NCBI GenBank assembly: GCA_002269645.1
Contig: NIVC01000366.1
Coordinates: 496,001 to 560,000, forward strand
DNA from: Macrostomum lignano
Taxonomy: Eukaryota
Reading direction: 5' to 3'
Length of the DNA: 64,000 bases
Shown: piece after piece, positions 11,907 to 26,900 of the stretch
How positions within the stretch are numbered: position 1 is the first letter of the stretch
How the letters are laid out: every line of letters begins with the position of its first letter
Notes under the pieces: generated by a model
What the model saw: the letters and a program-made list of their open reading frames with translations, nothing else
Databases searched by the model: none
Told to the model about the DNA's origin: nothing
Position numbers and translations under genes: made by a program

Positions 11907-14900
11907 ATGTCGGCAAAATCTGCGACCGACGCGACTCCAGACGCCAATTCGAAGTCAAAGTCTGCAACAATTGCCGCTGCTACTAAAAGACGGCGGAGTG
12001 ACGAACAGTCGGTCGGATCTGCTAGGCTTCTCGACGTCAGAAGCGGGCCTTGTTCCCGGCTGGCCAAGGCGGAACTGAAGGTGAGCGCCTGTTTATTTCC
12101 TATAAATTTATTGTTTTTTAACTTGTAGTTAATTATTAGTTTCACTCGAGGGATCGCCCTCAATCTCCCGTCTTCTCACCCTAAGAATCGTCCCCAATGT
12201 CTCATCTCACCCTAAGAATCGTCCCCAATGTCTCATCTCACCCTAAGAATCGTCCCCAATGTCTCATCTCACCCTAAGAATCGTCCCCAATGTCTCATCT
12301 CACCCTAAGAATCGTCCCCAATGTCTCATCTCACCCTAAGGATCGCCCTCACCCTAAGGATCGCCCTCAATCTCCCATCTCACCCTGAGTATCGCCCTCC
12401 ATCTCTCATCTCACCCTAAGGATCGCCCTCAATCTCCCATCTCACCCTGAGTATCGCCCTCCATCTCTCATCTCACCCTAAGGATCGCCCTCAATCTCCC
12501 ATCTCACCCTGAGTATCGCCCTCACCCTAAGAATCGTCCCCTATGTCTCATCTCACCCTAAGGATCGCCCTCAATCTCCCATCTCACCCTGAGAATCGCT
12601 CTCAATATCCCATCTCTCCCTAAGGATCGCCCTCAATCTCCCATCTCTCCCTAAGGATCGCCCTCAATCTCCCATCTCACCCTAAGGATCGCCCTCAATC
12701 TCCCATCTCACCCTGAGAATCGCTCTCAATCTCCCATCTCTCCCTAAGGATCGCCCTCAATCTCCCATCTCTCCCTAAGGATCGCCCTCAATCTCCCATC
12801 TCTCCCTAAGGATCGCCCTCAATCTCTCCCTAAGGTTCACCTTCAGTCTCCCATCTCAACCTAAGGATCGCCCTCCATTCCCATCTCACCCTAAGGATCG
12901 CCCTCAATCTCCCATCTCTCCCAAGAATCGTCCTCAATCTCCTAGCTCACTCTGAGAATCGCCCTTAATCTCCCATCTTTCCCTAAGGATCGCCTCAACC
13001 TCACATCTCACTCTAAGAATTGTCCCCAATGTCAAATTCCCTTCGTATACTTTATAATCTCCAAGCGCAAAGCCTACTCCAGAGATTGTAGAATTATCAG
13101 CCGAGTGAGCTCCTCTCCTTTGTCAAAAAATTCTTTGACTGCACAAAGCTCAACTCAAACGCCCGTATAAGAAGAAATTAGAATCTGTCCTTTTTTATGC
13201 TGGTCAAATTTTCTATTCTTACAATCGAATGGTCGATCACGATTTCTAATGCGGGCGCGATGGTGTACTCTCTTTCTTTTCTTTGTCCCTTTCTCTCTCT
13301 CGATAGAATAGGATTCTTCTGATTAATTTTTCTCATAAAACCCCCCATTCGCTGTCGCTGCTCAGGCCCTAATTAACGACTCTACATTCGCCAACTTGTC
13401 GCCGGATGCGCAGAGTCGCCTACTGCCCCTGTTCCCGGCCTGCGACGTTGTTTCTGACAGCGGCGACGATAAATCGACAAAAAATTTCGACAAAGAGATT
13501 CAATTGAAGTGTGGCGCTCTAAGCAACGAGTTTCTGGCCGACAATCTGGCCGATTTCTCTCGTCGACTGCGTCGTTGCTCTGTCGTCACGGATGCCTCCG
13601 TCCAATCGACGTCGATTTCAACTTCGACTTCGACGAAAATTGATGACCAGTTTGTGAAGCCACTGGCTCCGCCTCCGGTGGCCACGGCCGCTATGGACAG
13701 GCGTCGTCGTAGTCAGCGTGTCAGCGCCGCCACCGCTGCCGATACGGCTTCTTCGAAGTCGGAATTGCCCGCGTCGTCGACGATAACAACTGAAAATAAT
13801 TCGACAACGACATATCCACCAACGGCGTCGAGAAAACCAGTCAAACCGGCTCGGAATGTTACCCGCACTCTGGCTGCCGTGCGCGAGGCGATACGAGCCA
13901 AGAGGGTTGCATTTCAACGGGAACGTCTGGCGTCTGCGGCGCCCGCTACCACGTCCGATTCTAGTTCCGGGTTGCATGCTGATTCTTCTTCGATTGTCGG
14001 CGGTGACACTTCCGGTTCGGATGTCTGCGCTACTTCCGTTGCCACTTCCGTGTCGGATGTCTGCGCTACTTCCGGTGCCACTTCCGTTATGGATGTCTGC
14101 GCTACTTCCGGTGCCACTTCCGGTATGGATGTCTGCGCTACTTCCGGTGCCACTTCCGGTATGGATGTCTGCGCTACTTCCGGTGCCACTTCTATAATGG
14201 ATGTCTGCGCTACTTCCGGTGCCACTTCTGGTATGGATGTCTGCGCTACTTCCGGTGCCACTTCCGGTATGGATGTCTGCGCGACTTCCGGTGCCACTTC
14301 CGGTATGGATGTCTGCGCTACTTCCGTTTCAAGTTTCGCTCCTGTTAGTAGTTCCGATTCAGCTCAATGTTCAACTTCTACGTTGGATTTAGCCACGTCA
14401 GATTTAACGCGTTGCGTTTCCGGTTCCGCGACGGAAGCGGGAAGTAGTTCCGGTTGTTCTCTGTTTGTGAGCCGTTCCTCGACCAAAGATTCGTGCAAAT
14501 TGGGATTGCCTACATGGAGTAAGTCAGCTAGGCAACCGGAAATGACCGTTGTCAAGCCCGATGAGCAGGTTCACTGATTCCCTACTACATGAGTCGGCGA
14601 ATTTGCAGCCAAGTTAGTTGTCAAAATTTTCGATGTTCTAGACAAGTATTATCGCTACTAATAGTAGACTTGTCGCGTATTGTGTCGAAGCTTTTCGTCT
14701 GGTTTAATTGTTCCAGAAAACCGAATCATTTCTTGCCATTTACAAGAAATCAAAATAGGATGAAGTTTCGTTTTTGTGCGCTTGTCGTTTTTCTCCGTGA
14801 TTAATCGTTACAGTGAGCAATGAAATAAGTAGCATGTTGATGACGGCCGCGTTAATCGTGTTTTGTACACGAAGTTCTTGAGCTTACTTAGCTTTCATTT

Positions 14901-17900
14901 TTTTCACAAATTGTACTTCGCGTTTCAATGCCATCTCGAGGCTTATGTAATTAATAGGTTAAATAAAAATTTCCATCGTATCTTCCTTTAGTAAAGATCA
15001 AGATCTACAATTGTGTTCAAGATTACCGGTTTTTCTAATCATTCAATTTTTAGTGAATCAGTCCCTAGAATCTCTCAGTCACCTGTGACTCAGTCCCTCA
15101 AATCCTTCACTCACCTGTGAATCAGTCTCTCAGATCCCTCACTCACCTGTGAATCAGTCTCTCAGATCCCTCACTCACCTGTGAATCAGTCCCTCAGATC
15201 CCTCACTCACCTGTGAATCAGTCCCTCAGATCCCTCACTCACCTGTGAATCAGTCCCTCAGATCCCTCACTCACCTGTGAATCAGTCCCTCAGATCCCTC
15301 ACTCACCTGTGAATCAGTCCCTCAGATCCCTCACTCACCTGTGAATCAGTCCCTCAGATCCCTCACTCACCTGTGAATCAGTCCCTCAGATCCCTCACTC
15401 ACCTGTGAATCAGTCCCTCAGATCCCGCACTCACCTGTGAATCAGTCCCTCAGATCCCTCACTCACCTGTGAATCAGTCTCTCAGATCCCTCACTCACCT
15501 GTGAATCAGTCTCTCAGATCCCTCACCTGTGAATCAGTCCCTCAGATCCCTCACTCACCTGTGAATCAGTCCCTCAGATCCCTCACTCACCTGTGAATCA
15601 GTCCCTCAAACCCCTCACTCACCTGTGAATCAGTCCCTCAGATCCCTCACTCACCTGTGAATCAGTCTCTCAGATCCCTCACTCACCTGTGAATCAGTCC
15701 CTCAGATCCCTCACTCACCTGTGAATCAGTCCCTCAGATCCCTCACTCACCTGTGAATCAGTCCCTCAAACCCCTCACTCACCTGTGAATCGGTTTTTGA
15801 GATCCCTCACTCACCTGTGAATCAGTCCCTCAAACCCCTCACTCCCCTGTGAATCGGTCCTTGAGATCCCTCACCTGTGAATCAGTCCCTCAAACCCCTC
15901 ACTCACCTGTGAATCAGTCCCTCAAACTCCTCACTCACCTGTGAATCGGTCCTTGAGATCCCTCACCTGTGAATAAGTCCCTCAAACCCCTCACTCTCCT
16001 GTGAATCGGTCCTTGCGATCCCTCACTCACCTGTGAATCAGTCCCTCAAACCCCTCACATGTCAGTCAAGTCAGGTGACCAGTAATGCCCTGATCTGCTG
16101 TGAATCAAAGAACCAGTTCGTCAAGATCTGCTGTGTTGTTGCACAAATCGAGGATATCATATTTCAAGTTTTATATATTCAAGCGATTCCCTTGTCCCTG
16201 TTGGTTTTATTGCTTAGAAATCGTGTACTTATTATTAATATGAAGCTTGTAAGCTTTACAACCTATTCTCTATAATAAAGCCTAATTTATTGAAGTGGCC
16301 AGTCTCGCCGTCAACTCAGTGTTACTGTATAACTAGCGAATAACTTTTTCCCATAGTTTCCGTTGCATTTCTTTTTTTGTAATATTTTTACTCTTATTAA
16401 TATTTAATACGTGTCATTGATTTTGCCAACAAGCAGTACAGTTCTTTTTTGTACTACTAACAATTTTTGTACTACTAACAAAAGTAGGATCGATCGAGAA
16501 TAAGAGATCTTTAATGATTTACCAGTTTGGAATCGTTAGCATGTGGACGATTCAGCATTTTGTTTAGTCAGTGTAATTTGTTTGCACTGACTAGTGTATT
16601 TGGCTTTATTACTAACAGCTGCTGCCGTGACTGATTTATTTGTAATAAATTTCAGAGCTATAGAACAGCTGACAAATCATATTGAGTGTGTAATTCTGTG
16701 TTTGGGTTCAGTGTACGTTTTTAATTTGCCTTTTTGGCTCTAATGAAATCGATACTAGATAATCACCCTTCCACAGAATATATTCTGTGCACCCTTCTAC
16801 CAGATCAATAATCATCAACTACCAGATTGATAGTCACTCCCTACCAGATCGATAATCACCCTTCTACCGAATCGATAAACATTATCTACCAGACTGATAA
16901 TCATCACCTACCAGACCAATAATCATCACCTACCAGACTGATAATCATCACCTACCAGACAGATAATCATCACCTACCAGAGCAATAATCATCACCTACC
17001 AGACTGATAATCGCCCATCCGCTCCAGCACCGATCAGCACCAAGTCGAGGCGCCACTCGGCAGGCGCCGCACCTTCTGGCGCTCCCATCCGAAATCCTTG
17101 TTGAAATTCTTCGCTACCTGCGACTGGCCGACGTACCCGCCGTGTCGGCCACCTGCCGCCACCTGAACAGTCTGCTTCATGGACCAGGCGCTAGTCAGGG
17201 CCTATGGCGCAGTCTCCATGGCAACGGCTTAGCCAACGATGAAGCTCGCAAAGTTCTGCCTGTACTGCAGCCTGTGTTCCCCTGCGACTGCAATGTCTGG
17301 TTAGTTCCAATACTGATTTGTGATTTCTAGTGCGCTTAAACTGTAAACCCTTCAGTTTAATTCTGAAGTGCTCAGTCAGAGCTGCTCAAACTCTGTTGAT
17401 GTGGCCAATGAGGCCGCATTCACTTGGGGCTTGTGTGCACGAGAATTGGCCAAATCCCCATGGCAGAGACAGAGTACATGCCTGTTGACTAGGAATTCAG
17501 GGCTGCGGGACGATGTCGACGAAGGCGTTGCGCCCGGGTGCCCGCAGGGGTCCATGAGATTTGCCCGCCGAGGTTTTCCCGCAATGCCTTTTTACTGCAG
17601 GCGCCTTTATAGCCACCCGGCAGCTGGAAATAAGCATATCTCTGGCTTCTAAGAAACCTTAGTTTCCAAGAATTCCATAGTTTCTAAAATATTTCCAAGA
17701 AATCCCTAGAGAAATGTCTAATTTCCAAAATATTACTGGTTTCTAGTTTCAGTTTACAAGAAATCTCTAGCTTCCAAAAAGGATGAGTTTCCAAGAAACA
17801 TTTTGTTTCTTATTTGTTTCTAAGAAATCTGGTTTCCGAGAAATCCCTAGTTTCTAAGAAATTTCTAGTTTCTGAGAAATCCATAGTTTCTAAGAAATCC

Positions 17901-20900
17901 TTTGTTTTCAACAAATATTTGATTTCTAGTATCAGCTTCCAAAGAAATCTATAGATTCCAAAAAATACATGGTTTCTAGGAAATGCTAGTTATCCAAAAA
18001 CCCTATTTTCCAAGAAACCCTTATTTTTTCCAAGAAACTCCTATTTTCCCAAGAAATCCCTACATGTATTTTCCAGTATCAGCTTCCAAGAAATCGATAG
18101 ATTCTAGGAAATGCTATTTTCCAAGAAACAGCTTGTTTTCCTCTCCTTTTCCCTGACGCCGCAGCTCCGCCGCGTTCCCCGGTTCGGCTTATCGCGACGA
18201 GCTTCGCGCCGGCGCCGCCTGGCACCGCGGCCGGCCCTTGGAGTCGACGCTGTGCAATTTCAAACCGGCACGCCACCAGCGAGGCGGCCATCAACGGCCG
18301 GCGGTGCTGGCCATGCCCTGCCTGCAGCTGCACGGCAGCCAGCTGGTCTATAGTCAGGAGAATCGACTGTATCGACTCAGACTCAACGCCGGAGATTGTT
18401 GGCAACGCCTGGTTGCTACGGACGCCTATCGCGGCTCGGTGGGCGCCGCCGATGTCACGGCGTTGTCCGTCGAATCGCCGGCCGACGGCGGTCGGGCTCT
18501 TGTTGGCACCGGGGATGGCCGGCTGCTGCTGTGGGCTTCTGACGGCGCCGGGCCGCCCAGGTAATTATTTCGAATCTGATTTGGCGCCACTTTTGTCACT
18601 CCAATTTGGCGCTAATTTTTGTCACTCCGATTTGCGCCAATTTTTGTCACTCCAATTTGGCGCCAATTTTTGTCACTCTAATTTGGCGCCAATATTTGTC
18701 ACTCCAATTTGGCGCCCATTTTTGTCACTCCAATTTGGCGCCAATTTTTGTCACTCTAATTTGGCGCCAATATTTGTCACTCCAATTTGGCGCCAATTTT
18801 TTCACATCAATTTGGCGCCAATATTTGTCACTCCAATTTGGCGCCAATTTTTGTCACATCAATTTGGCGCCACTTTTATCACCCTTTATTACCATATAAA
18901 GTTTTTAACGTAAAACGCCCTAAAAATAATTTTTACCTTCTTCAGCTTCTATCTTCTTCAGGGTCCGTCGCTATGGTAACCAATTTCTTCCGTCATCATT
19001 CCTAGACGCTTGCACGGGCACCCATTCGATCAGTCGGCCATGAACTGTATAGACAGTTGCTCTGCAGCGGCCGCAGGTTTCGACTGTTGGCGCCTGGTGC
19101 TGGCCGGAACAAAGGGCGGCAGCCTGATGGCCGCACGGTTGAACGGTGACTGCTGCGTTCAGGACACTCAGCAGGTGGGACGAATTGTTGTTTTCGGCTG
19201 GGAAATGTACTGGTGGAGGCTGCTTGAGAATGCTTGGGATTGTTGGTCTGAGTGTGTCAGGTAAATTGGTTATGTCAGGGTTTTGTGTATGTCGTGGTTT
19301 GAGTATGTCAGGGTTTTGAGTATGTTGGGGTTTTGAATTTCAGGGTTTTGAGTTTGTCAGGGTTTGAGTATGTTAGGGTTTTGAGTATGTCAGGTTTTGA
19401 GTATGTCAGGTTTTGAGTATGTTAGGGTTTTGAGTATGTCAGGGTTTTGAGTATGTTAGGGTTTTGAGTATTTTATGGTTTTGAATTTCAGGGTTTTGAG
19501 TATGTCAGGGTTTGAGTATGTTAGGGTTTGAGTATGTCAGGATTTGAGTATGTTACGGTTTGAGTATGTTAGGGTTTGAGTATGTCAGGGTTTTGAGTAT
19601 GTCACGGTTTGAGTATGTCAGGGTTTGAGTATGTTAGGGTTTGAGTATGTTAGGGTTTGAGTATGTCAGAGTTTTGAGTATGTCAGGGTTTGAGTATGTC
19701 AGGGTTTGAGTATGTCAGGGTTTTGAGTATGTCAGAGTTTTGAGTATGTCAGGGTTTGAGTATGTTAGGGTTTGAGTATGTCAGGGTTTCGAGTATGTTG
19801 GGGTTTGAGTATGTCACGGTTTGAGTATGTCACGGTTTGAGTATGCCAGGGTTTGAGTATGTTAGGGTTTGAGTATGTTAGGGTTTCGAGTATGTTGGGG
19901 TTTGAGTATGTCAGGGTTTTGAGTATGTCAGGGTTTGAGTATGTTAGGGTTTGAGTATGTCAGGGTTTTGAGTATGTTAGGGTTTGAGTATGTTAGGGTT
20001 TGAGTATGTCAGGGTTTGAGTATGTTAGGGTTTGAGTATGTTAGGGTTTGAGTATGTTAGGGTTTCGAGTATGTTGGGGTTTGAGTATGTCAGAGTTTTG
20101 AGTATGTCACGGTTTGAGTATGTCAGGGTTTGAGTATGTTAGGGTTTGAGTATGTTAGGGTTTGAGTATGTCAGAGTTTTGAGTATGTCAGGGTTTGAGT
20201 ATGTCAGGGTTTTGAGTATGTCAGAGTTTTGAGTATGTCACGGTTTGAGTATGTCAGGGTTTGAGTATGTTAGGGTTTGAGTATGTCAGGGTTTTGAGTA
20301 TGTCAGGGTTTGAGTATGTTAGGGTTTGAGTATGTCAGGGTTTTGAGTATGTCAGAGTTTTGAGTATGTCAGGGTTTGAGTATGTTAGGGTTTGAGTATG
20401 TCAGGGTTTTGAGTATGTTAGGGTTTGAGTATGTTACGGTTTGAGTATGTCAGGGTTTGAGTATGTTAGGGTTTGAGTATGTTAGGGTTTGAGTATGTTA
20501 GGGTTTCGAGTATGTTAGGGTTTCGAGTATGTTAGGGTTTCGAGTATGTTGGGGTTTGAGTATGTCAGAGTTTTGAGTATGTCATGGTTTGAGTATGTCA
20601 GGGTTTGAGTATGTTAGGGTTTGAGTATGTCAGGGTTTTGAGTATGTCAGGGTTTGAGTATGTTAGGGTTTGAGTATGTCAGTGTTTTTGAGTAGGTCAG
20701 ATAAATTGAGTATGTCAGGGTTTTGAAAATGTCAGTTTATTAAAAGTACGTATGTAAAAAAATTCTAAAACAATCAGCATATTCTCAGAATGCTACTCAC
20801 AGACTTATTAGTAGTAGTATCTACAACATTATCTATCTGGAATCTGCAAAATCTAACAACAAACACCGTGGGTTACTCGTAGAATCGCGGCTCTTGGCGC

Positions 20901-23900
20901 TCCTGGAACAGCGGCGACCGAATCTACGCCTGTCGTCTGGCGCCCGACGGCTCCGGCGTCGCCCTGATTGGCTGCGCCGGCCTGACAAACGCATCATCGA
21001 CGACAGCTGGCACCGACGCCGCCGAAGGAGGAGGACCGTTGCGCCTCGTCAACATTGAGACCGGGGCCCAGTTGGCCGCGGGCCAGCCGCTGACCGACAC
21101 CGGCCTGCGCCGGCGGGGCAGCGGCATCCGGGGCGTGGCTTTCCAGTCGGTCAGTCTGGCCGTCACAGTTGGCTACGATGCCAGGGTCAGACTGTGGGAT
21201 CTGCGAATGCTTGGCGGCGGGGTAGCGACCCAGCGGCATCGACTGCCTGCGGCTGTGTGGGAGGATCCCAGCGACTGCGCAGGGACTGCTGTAAGTTGAT
21301 CTCCGTATATACCACCCCATCTCCCTATCTACCGCCTCATCTCCCTATCTACCACCTCATCTCCCTATCTACCACCTCATCTCCCTATCTACCACTTCAT
21401 CTCCCTATCTACCACCCCATCTCCCTATCTACCGCCTCATCTCCCTATCTACCACCTCATCTCCCTATCTACCGCCTCATCTCCCTATCTACCACCTCAT
21501 CTCCCTATCTACCACCTCATCTCCCTATCTACCGCCTCATCTGCCTATCTACCACCTCATCTCCCTATCTACCACCCCATCTCCCTATCTACCGCCTCAT
21601 CTCCCTATCTACCACCTCATCTCCCTATCTACCACCTCATCTCCCTATCTACCACTTCATCTCCCTATCTACCACCCCATCTCCCTATCTACCACCTCAT
21701 CTCCCTATCTACCACCTCATCTCCCTATCTACCACCTCATCTCCCTATCTACCACCTCATCTCCCTATCTACCACCTCATCTCCCTATCTACCGCCTCAT
21801 CTCCCTATCTACCACCTCATTTCCCTATCTACCACCTCATCTCCCTATCTACCACCTCATCTCCCTATCTACCACCTCATCTCCCTATCTACCACCCCAT
21901 CTCCCTATCTACCACCTCATCTCCCTATATACCGCCCCATCTCCCTATCTACCGTCTCATCTCCCTATCTACCGTCTCATCTCCCTATCTACCACCTCAT
22001 CTCCCTATCTACCGCCTCATCTCCCTATCTACCACCTCATCTCCCTATCTACCACCTCATCTCCCTATCTACCACCTCATCTCCCTATCTACCACCCCAT
22101 CTCCCTATCTACCGCCTCATCTCCCTATCTACCACCTCATCTCCCTATCTACCGCCCCATCTCCCTATCTACCGTCTCATCTCCCTATCTACCTCTCATC
22201 TCCCTATCTACCACCTCATCTCCCTATCTACCACCTCATCTCCCTATCTACCGCCTCTTCTCCCTCTGCAAAATATGGCGGTTTTTAGGCGGGAATTTTT
22301 CTGCGAAAACCAGCCAAAGAAGGCTTACCTCTGTAGTGTAGAGGAAACTGCCGACAATCGGCTGGATGTAACGCATAAAGTGTGCCGAAGAACCCGCCAG
22401 CCGTTAGGCTGTTTCCTGGGTGGATTTCGTTTCAGAAACTGCCGAAGAAGCTAATGATTGAAATCTAATTATTCTGCGAATCCTATGTAGAGCACAATTA
22501 TCGCGTTAACGCTATTTTAATATACATGTTAATGTTGAACTTTATTGATAAAATACGAGTAACATAGAAGTGTACTATATCTGTAATAAACACCGACTAC
22601 TTCAATAATCATTGATTACAAAGACTACAACATTCAAGGGTAGCCTGAAGCATTTTAATATGATCCAAATAAGTGCAAACAGTAAAAAACATGAGTTCCC
22701 ATTTTCCAAGGCTAAAGCCAAAAATATAGTGCACTTTGTATTATTAAAATAGTATATTATATTTTTAGTGGACCAAACCAAAGTTGTAAAAAACGGAACG
22801 TAACATGTGATTATAGCAGATGGCATAAAAAACTCGTGCGTAAATGCACTACATAGTCAACACTACATCCATAATGCAATGCATCCTCTCGATTCTACTT
22901 CTTCTTGTATCCTCTCTCCTCACTCCACTTCTCTCTCCCATTGCCTCTCCTCTCTGCTCTCACATATTTCTCTTCTATCTCCTCTGTTCTGTCTACTCTC
23001 ACATATCTCGTCTCTGCTCTCTCTCTTTTTTTCTTTATCCTCTTTCATAGCTTCATCTCTCTCCATCTCTATCTCTCTTTCATCTCTTCTCTCTACTCGC
23101 TCATCTCCACTCTATACCTCTCCTGTCTCCTCTCTCATCTCTCTACTCTCCCACTTCTACTCTCCTCTATCACTTCTCTACTTTCTCCTATCTACTCTCT
23201 CCTCTCATTTCATCTCTCCCTCCTCTCACCTCTACTCTCTCCTCCCGCTTCTCTCGCCCCTCTTTACTCTCTCCTTCCTCTCTTCCCTCTCCTCTCACTT
23301 CTCTCCTCTCACAGTGAATGTATGAAATCTTCTGATGGAATAACCAACGGTGGGCCCCAACTGGGCCTCCCCATCCTGAAACCCCTGGACGCACCCCTGA
23401 TAGTCAATAAAGGATTCAAGCTGTTGTGGACAGCAAAAAGCGGCTTGTTTGACTGGGTCCCAAAAGTTCGTGCAATCGATTCATTATTGGTTTATAACTT
23501 GAGACATCGCAAAAAAGTGTTCTGTTGAGCTTAAAGTGTTTCATAAATTTATGGTTTTCTATTACTTCAAAATGTAAAATTCTGAGAATAATAATGATAA
23601 TACATGTAGTAATAATAGGGCGGTGCGGTACTTGTTTTAGGGAGACCCTGGGTTCACAAGTCACAGACTACAAACTGGCAGCAGTTGCACATCGTCACCC
23701 TCCAAATGCGGTATGGCATCGCTGTCGGAAGCCAGCATGACACCGACATGACCGACATCACCGTTACCATCGCTATGACTGCAGGCAGCCCGACTAGGCA
23801 CAAATTTTGATGCGTGTGATGCGGAACTCGGCGCAGACTTCTGAACAGCGCGTCGTTTGTCCCTCCATTCAGACGTTTTGGCCCGTCGAATCGCCTGTTT

Positions 23901-26900
23901 TTGCGGCTGCATTCGCTCCCTGGCCGTGGCACGGCACTGCTTAAATGCTAGACGCAGAGTCTGATGCTCTACAGCGATGTTGGAACGAGCCAAAAATTCC
24001 TTTACAGCCTCGATTTTAACTGGGCAGGGTGCGTCCAGAACTCGTTGCCCAACTTTTCGGCCTGAAAAATTTGTCGCTAGAAAGTCGGCCTCCGTAAAAA
24101 GAGACCGCAGAAGGCAGCGGATAAGACGAGATTCCGCTTTTTGTACGAGCTCGTCTTTCTCCTTTTTGCCATCGACGTCGATGTCGGAGACTACGAGAGC
24201 TTTTACGGATCGAAGAGCTGTCAGCAACTTTCGGATTCGCTTGGAATCCGTTTTTGTTATTTTTTGCGATCGTAAAGCCTGAGTTTTGTCTGAAAGGCAC
24301 ACAAGCTGCTTTTGCTGGTCACTCTCAGCATCGTCTTCAGAATCTGCGTCGCCACCTTGGTTGCCGACATCGGCAATTGCATTAGAATCAACAGCGGCAG
24401 AGCCATCCACTGCAGTGCTGATCATTGCTGAGACGTCAGCAAGAACTTTAGCTGCTCCTTCAGCTTGGACGATTCGGAGAAGAATCTGCTCTCGCTCTTT
24501 CTCGAGATCTTTAATTTGCTCGTTGGTTGCAACGAGCCGGTTTTCGAGCGCAAGATTGGCTGACCGCAGCGCTTCAGTTTGTTCAGAGCCTGTTAGCAGC
24601 TCGCTTCAATTCCTAGATAAAAGAAGTGAAAAACTATTTTTAGTAATATTTCAGCAGTACTACAGTAAAGGCACAAATTGTAATAGGAAACTTGTCGCTA
24701 CTTACGAAACCTGCGCATCACTGCTTGTGTTTCGTAAAGACTCTTTCGTAGGTCTCACGAAGTTACTTCGTGTTCATCGTAACGGACGGCTACGCAGAGC
24801 CGCACAGATTCGCGTGCCGAGCGTTCGTCGTTGAATGGGCCCTTTGACAGTACTCGGATATGCAGAGCAGCATGAGAACTTTTAGAGATCACAACTTCGA
24901 CTATTCTTCCTTTTAATAGCCGTTCACCACCGTAGACGAACCGGATATCACGCCAGTCTGCGAGGTCTTAAATTGCAGACCCCACCAACGAGGTTCCAAG
25001 TTTTCAACGACCCTAAAGGCCCTTCGCGTTTCGTCTACAGGATCTTCAACCAAAACCATGTCGGAAGCGCCCAGGTTCAAACCGCTCGTGGCGCAGTCGG
25101 CTGTAGCTAGCGGAAGCGTTTTTCTGCATTATAGCTGCCGCATTAGATGCACAACGGAGTGCAAGCGGCAGGATTTTGTTGTCATCGGAGGAATTACTAT
25201 TATTATTATAATCTTTAGCAGACTGCTGTTGGTCCTACAACTTCTTACCTTTTTGTACTTCTTTCCTTCTCTTTAGTACTGACTCTTTTGACTGTGCAAT
25301 TTTTCTCGCGCTTTTCCTGCGTTTTCACTCGTGATTTGGAGCCTGATTTTGGTGCCATCTGAAATAATATTTGCATCGAAAATCAAGGTATCTGATCACA
25401 CTGTCCAATTACAACGTACTGTACTAGCAGCTCAGTCATTGGGTTCATACTACGAAGCGTTATCGTTAAGGTGCATCACGCGCTCGCGTCGTCTCGTATT
25501 TTAAAAGGCGAAATATTGCTAAGAGGGGCCTGACTAAGGTAAGGGCTAAGTATAAGAAAGCAAAGAACTGGAGTAGCTGAAAAATGAAGTCAACTGTTAA
25601 ATCGTAACAGACGTATATTTTGTTTAATTCCTACTTTTTGAAAGTGATATTTACGCGTCTCAAACAACGTCACCATACGAACGCAGAATAAAATTACCGT
25701 ATAATATGAACGTTTTAAGAACTTAGTATGCGGCGAAAAGCCCTGTAGGACTGAATAGGATAGTATTTTATACAGTCTCTTGCCGCTCCTGCACTGCGAG
25801 CTACCAGGTGAATCGTCCCGACGACACACCGACATCTAGTAAGATGTACCCGCCAAATTAAACTCGCCAAACCCGCCAAAATCACGGGGACAACTGGTGC
25901 AATAATACGAGCTATATACCACTAGAACTATTTCTGCCACCAATTACAGGACTTAAATTGATTCTTTGATTTTGATTTATTTGTAGAAATCGCTGTACCG
26001 GGTTTCAAATCAGGCAAAGATATATAGAATGTACGCCGAACTTTCACTGAACCGTCCAAATAGGGCTATAAAAGTTACGAAGTAGCGCTTTGAGCATGTG
26101 GAAGCAATGCGACGAAATTCTCACTGACGGCGCAACACCGAAAAATGTCTGTCATTGGGATTTGGATGGTGGCATCAATTACATCAAAAGGAGAACCAAT
26201 CAGATGCCGAAAATGGCTGAGACGACAGTCTCGGTTGACAGACTCTGGCAGAACACCCGCAAATGAATGCAAGTTGTCCCAGTCAGGCTCCTGTACTTCA
26301 AGCAGACGCACGACTGCTGTAGCACAATCGTCAACGACTTGAATTGAATCGACTCTGCCAAACCGAAAACGAGTGGGTGTGTCACCAGCAATAGCGACGA
26401 AACACGAGAGCACCCGACGGTTTTGCTTGCTTTGTTGGTAGACTTCGACAAACAAACCACCCGGAAGCCTTGCGGACTTCCAGTGAATCCCAAGATTGTT
26501 GGGTAATACACGACCACGCAAAGTAATAGTACCAAATGGCTGCTGTATACAGCGACGTCGTTGGCACGAGCTGGTATGCAATTGATGAGCAAAGTCAGCA
26601 GCTTCACCAGCTGCAGGTGTACCAATCAGAGTTTCAATGATATTGACAACTTCAAGGTCGATATTTTTTGAACCGTGGATGCGCTTGCCGATTCGACAGT
26701 GTAAGCCCTCAAGAAGCGCAGCCGACTGCGTGTGAAGAGGGCCAGCCAGGTAAGCATGGGTAACGTTCGATGGCGTTCGATGAAACGTGAGCCAAAAAGT
26801 GGCGCTAGACAGCAATAACAGGAAGCACCAATAGTCTTGAGGAAGATAGCCTTCTAGCAACATGGGACCATAGACTAGCAACCACATCTCGGCCTCGTGT

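Noticed and set aside
22890-23325. Hydrophobic L/S-rich ORFs (also 43746-44174 and 48720-48944) as membrane proteins
   Set aside because: Produced by degenerate CT/GA-rich tracts associated with MITE-like ends.
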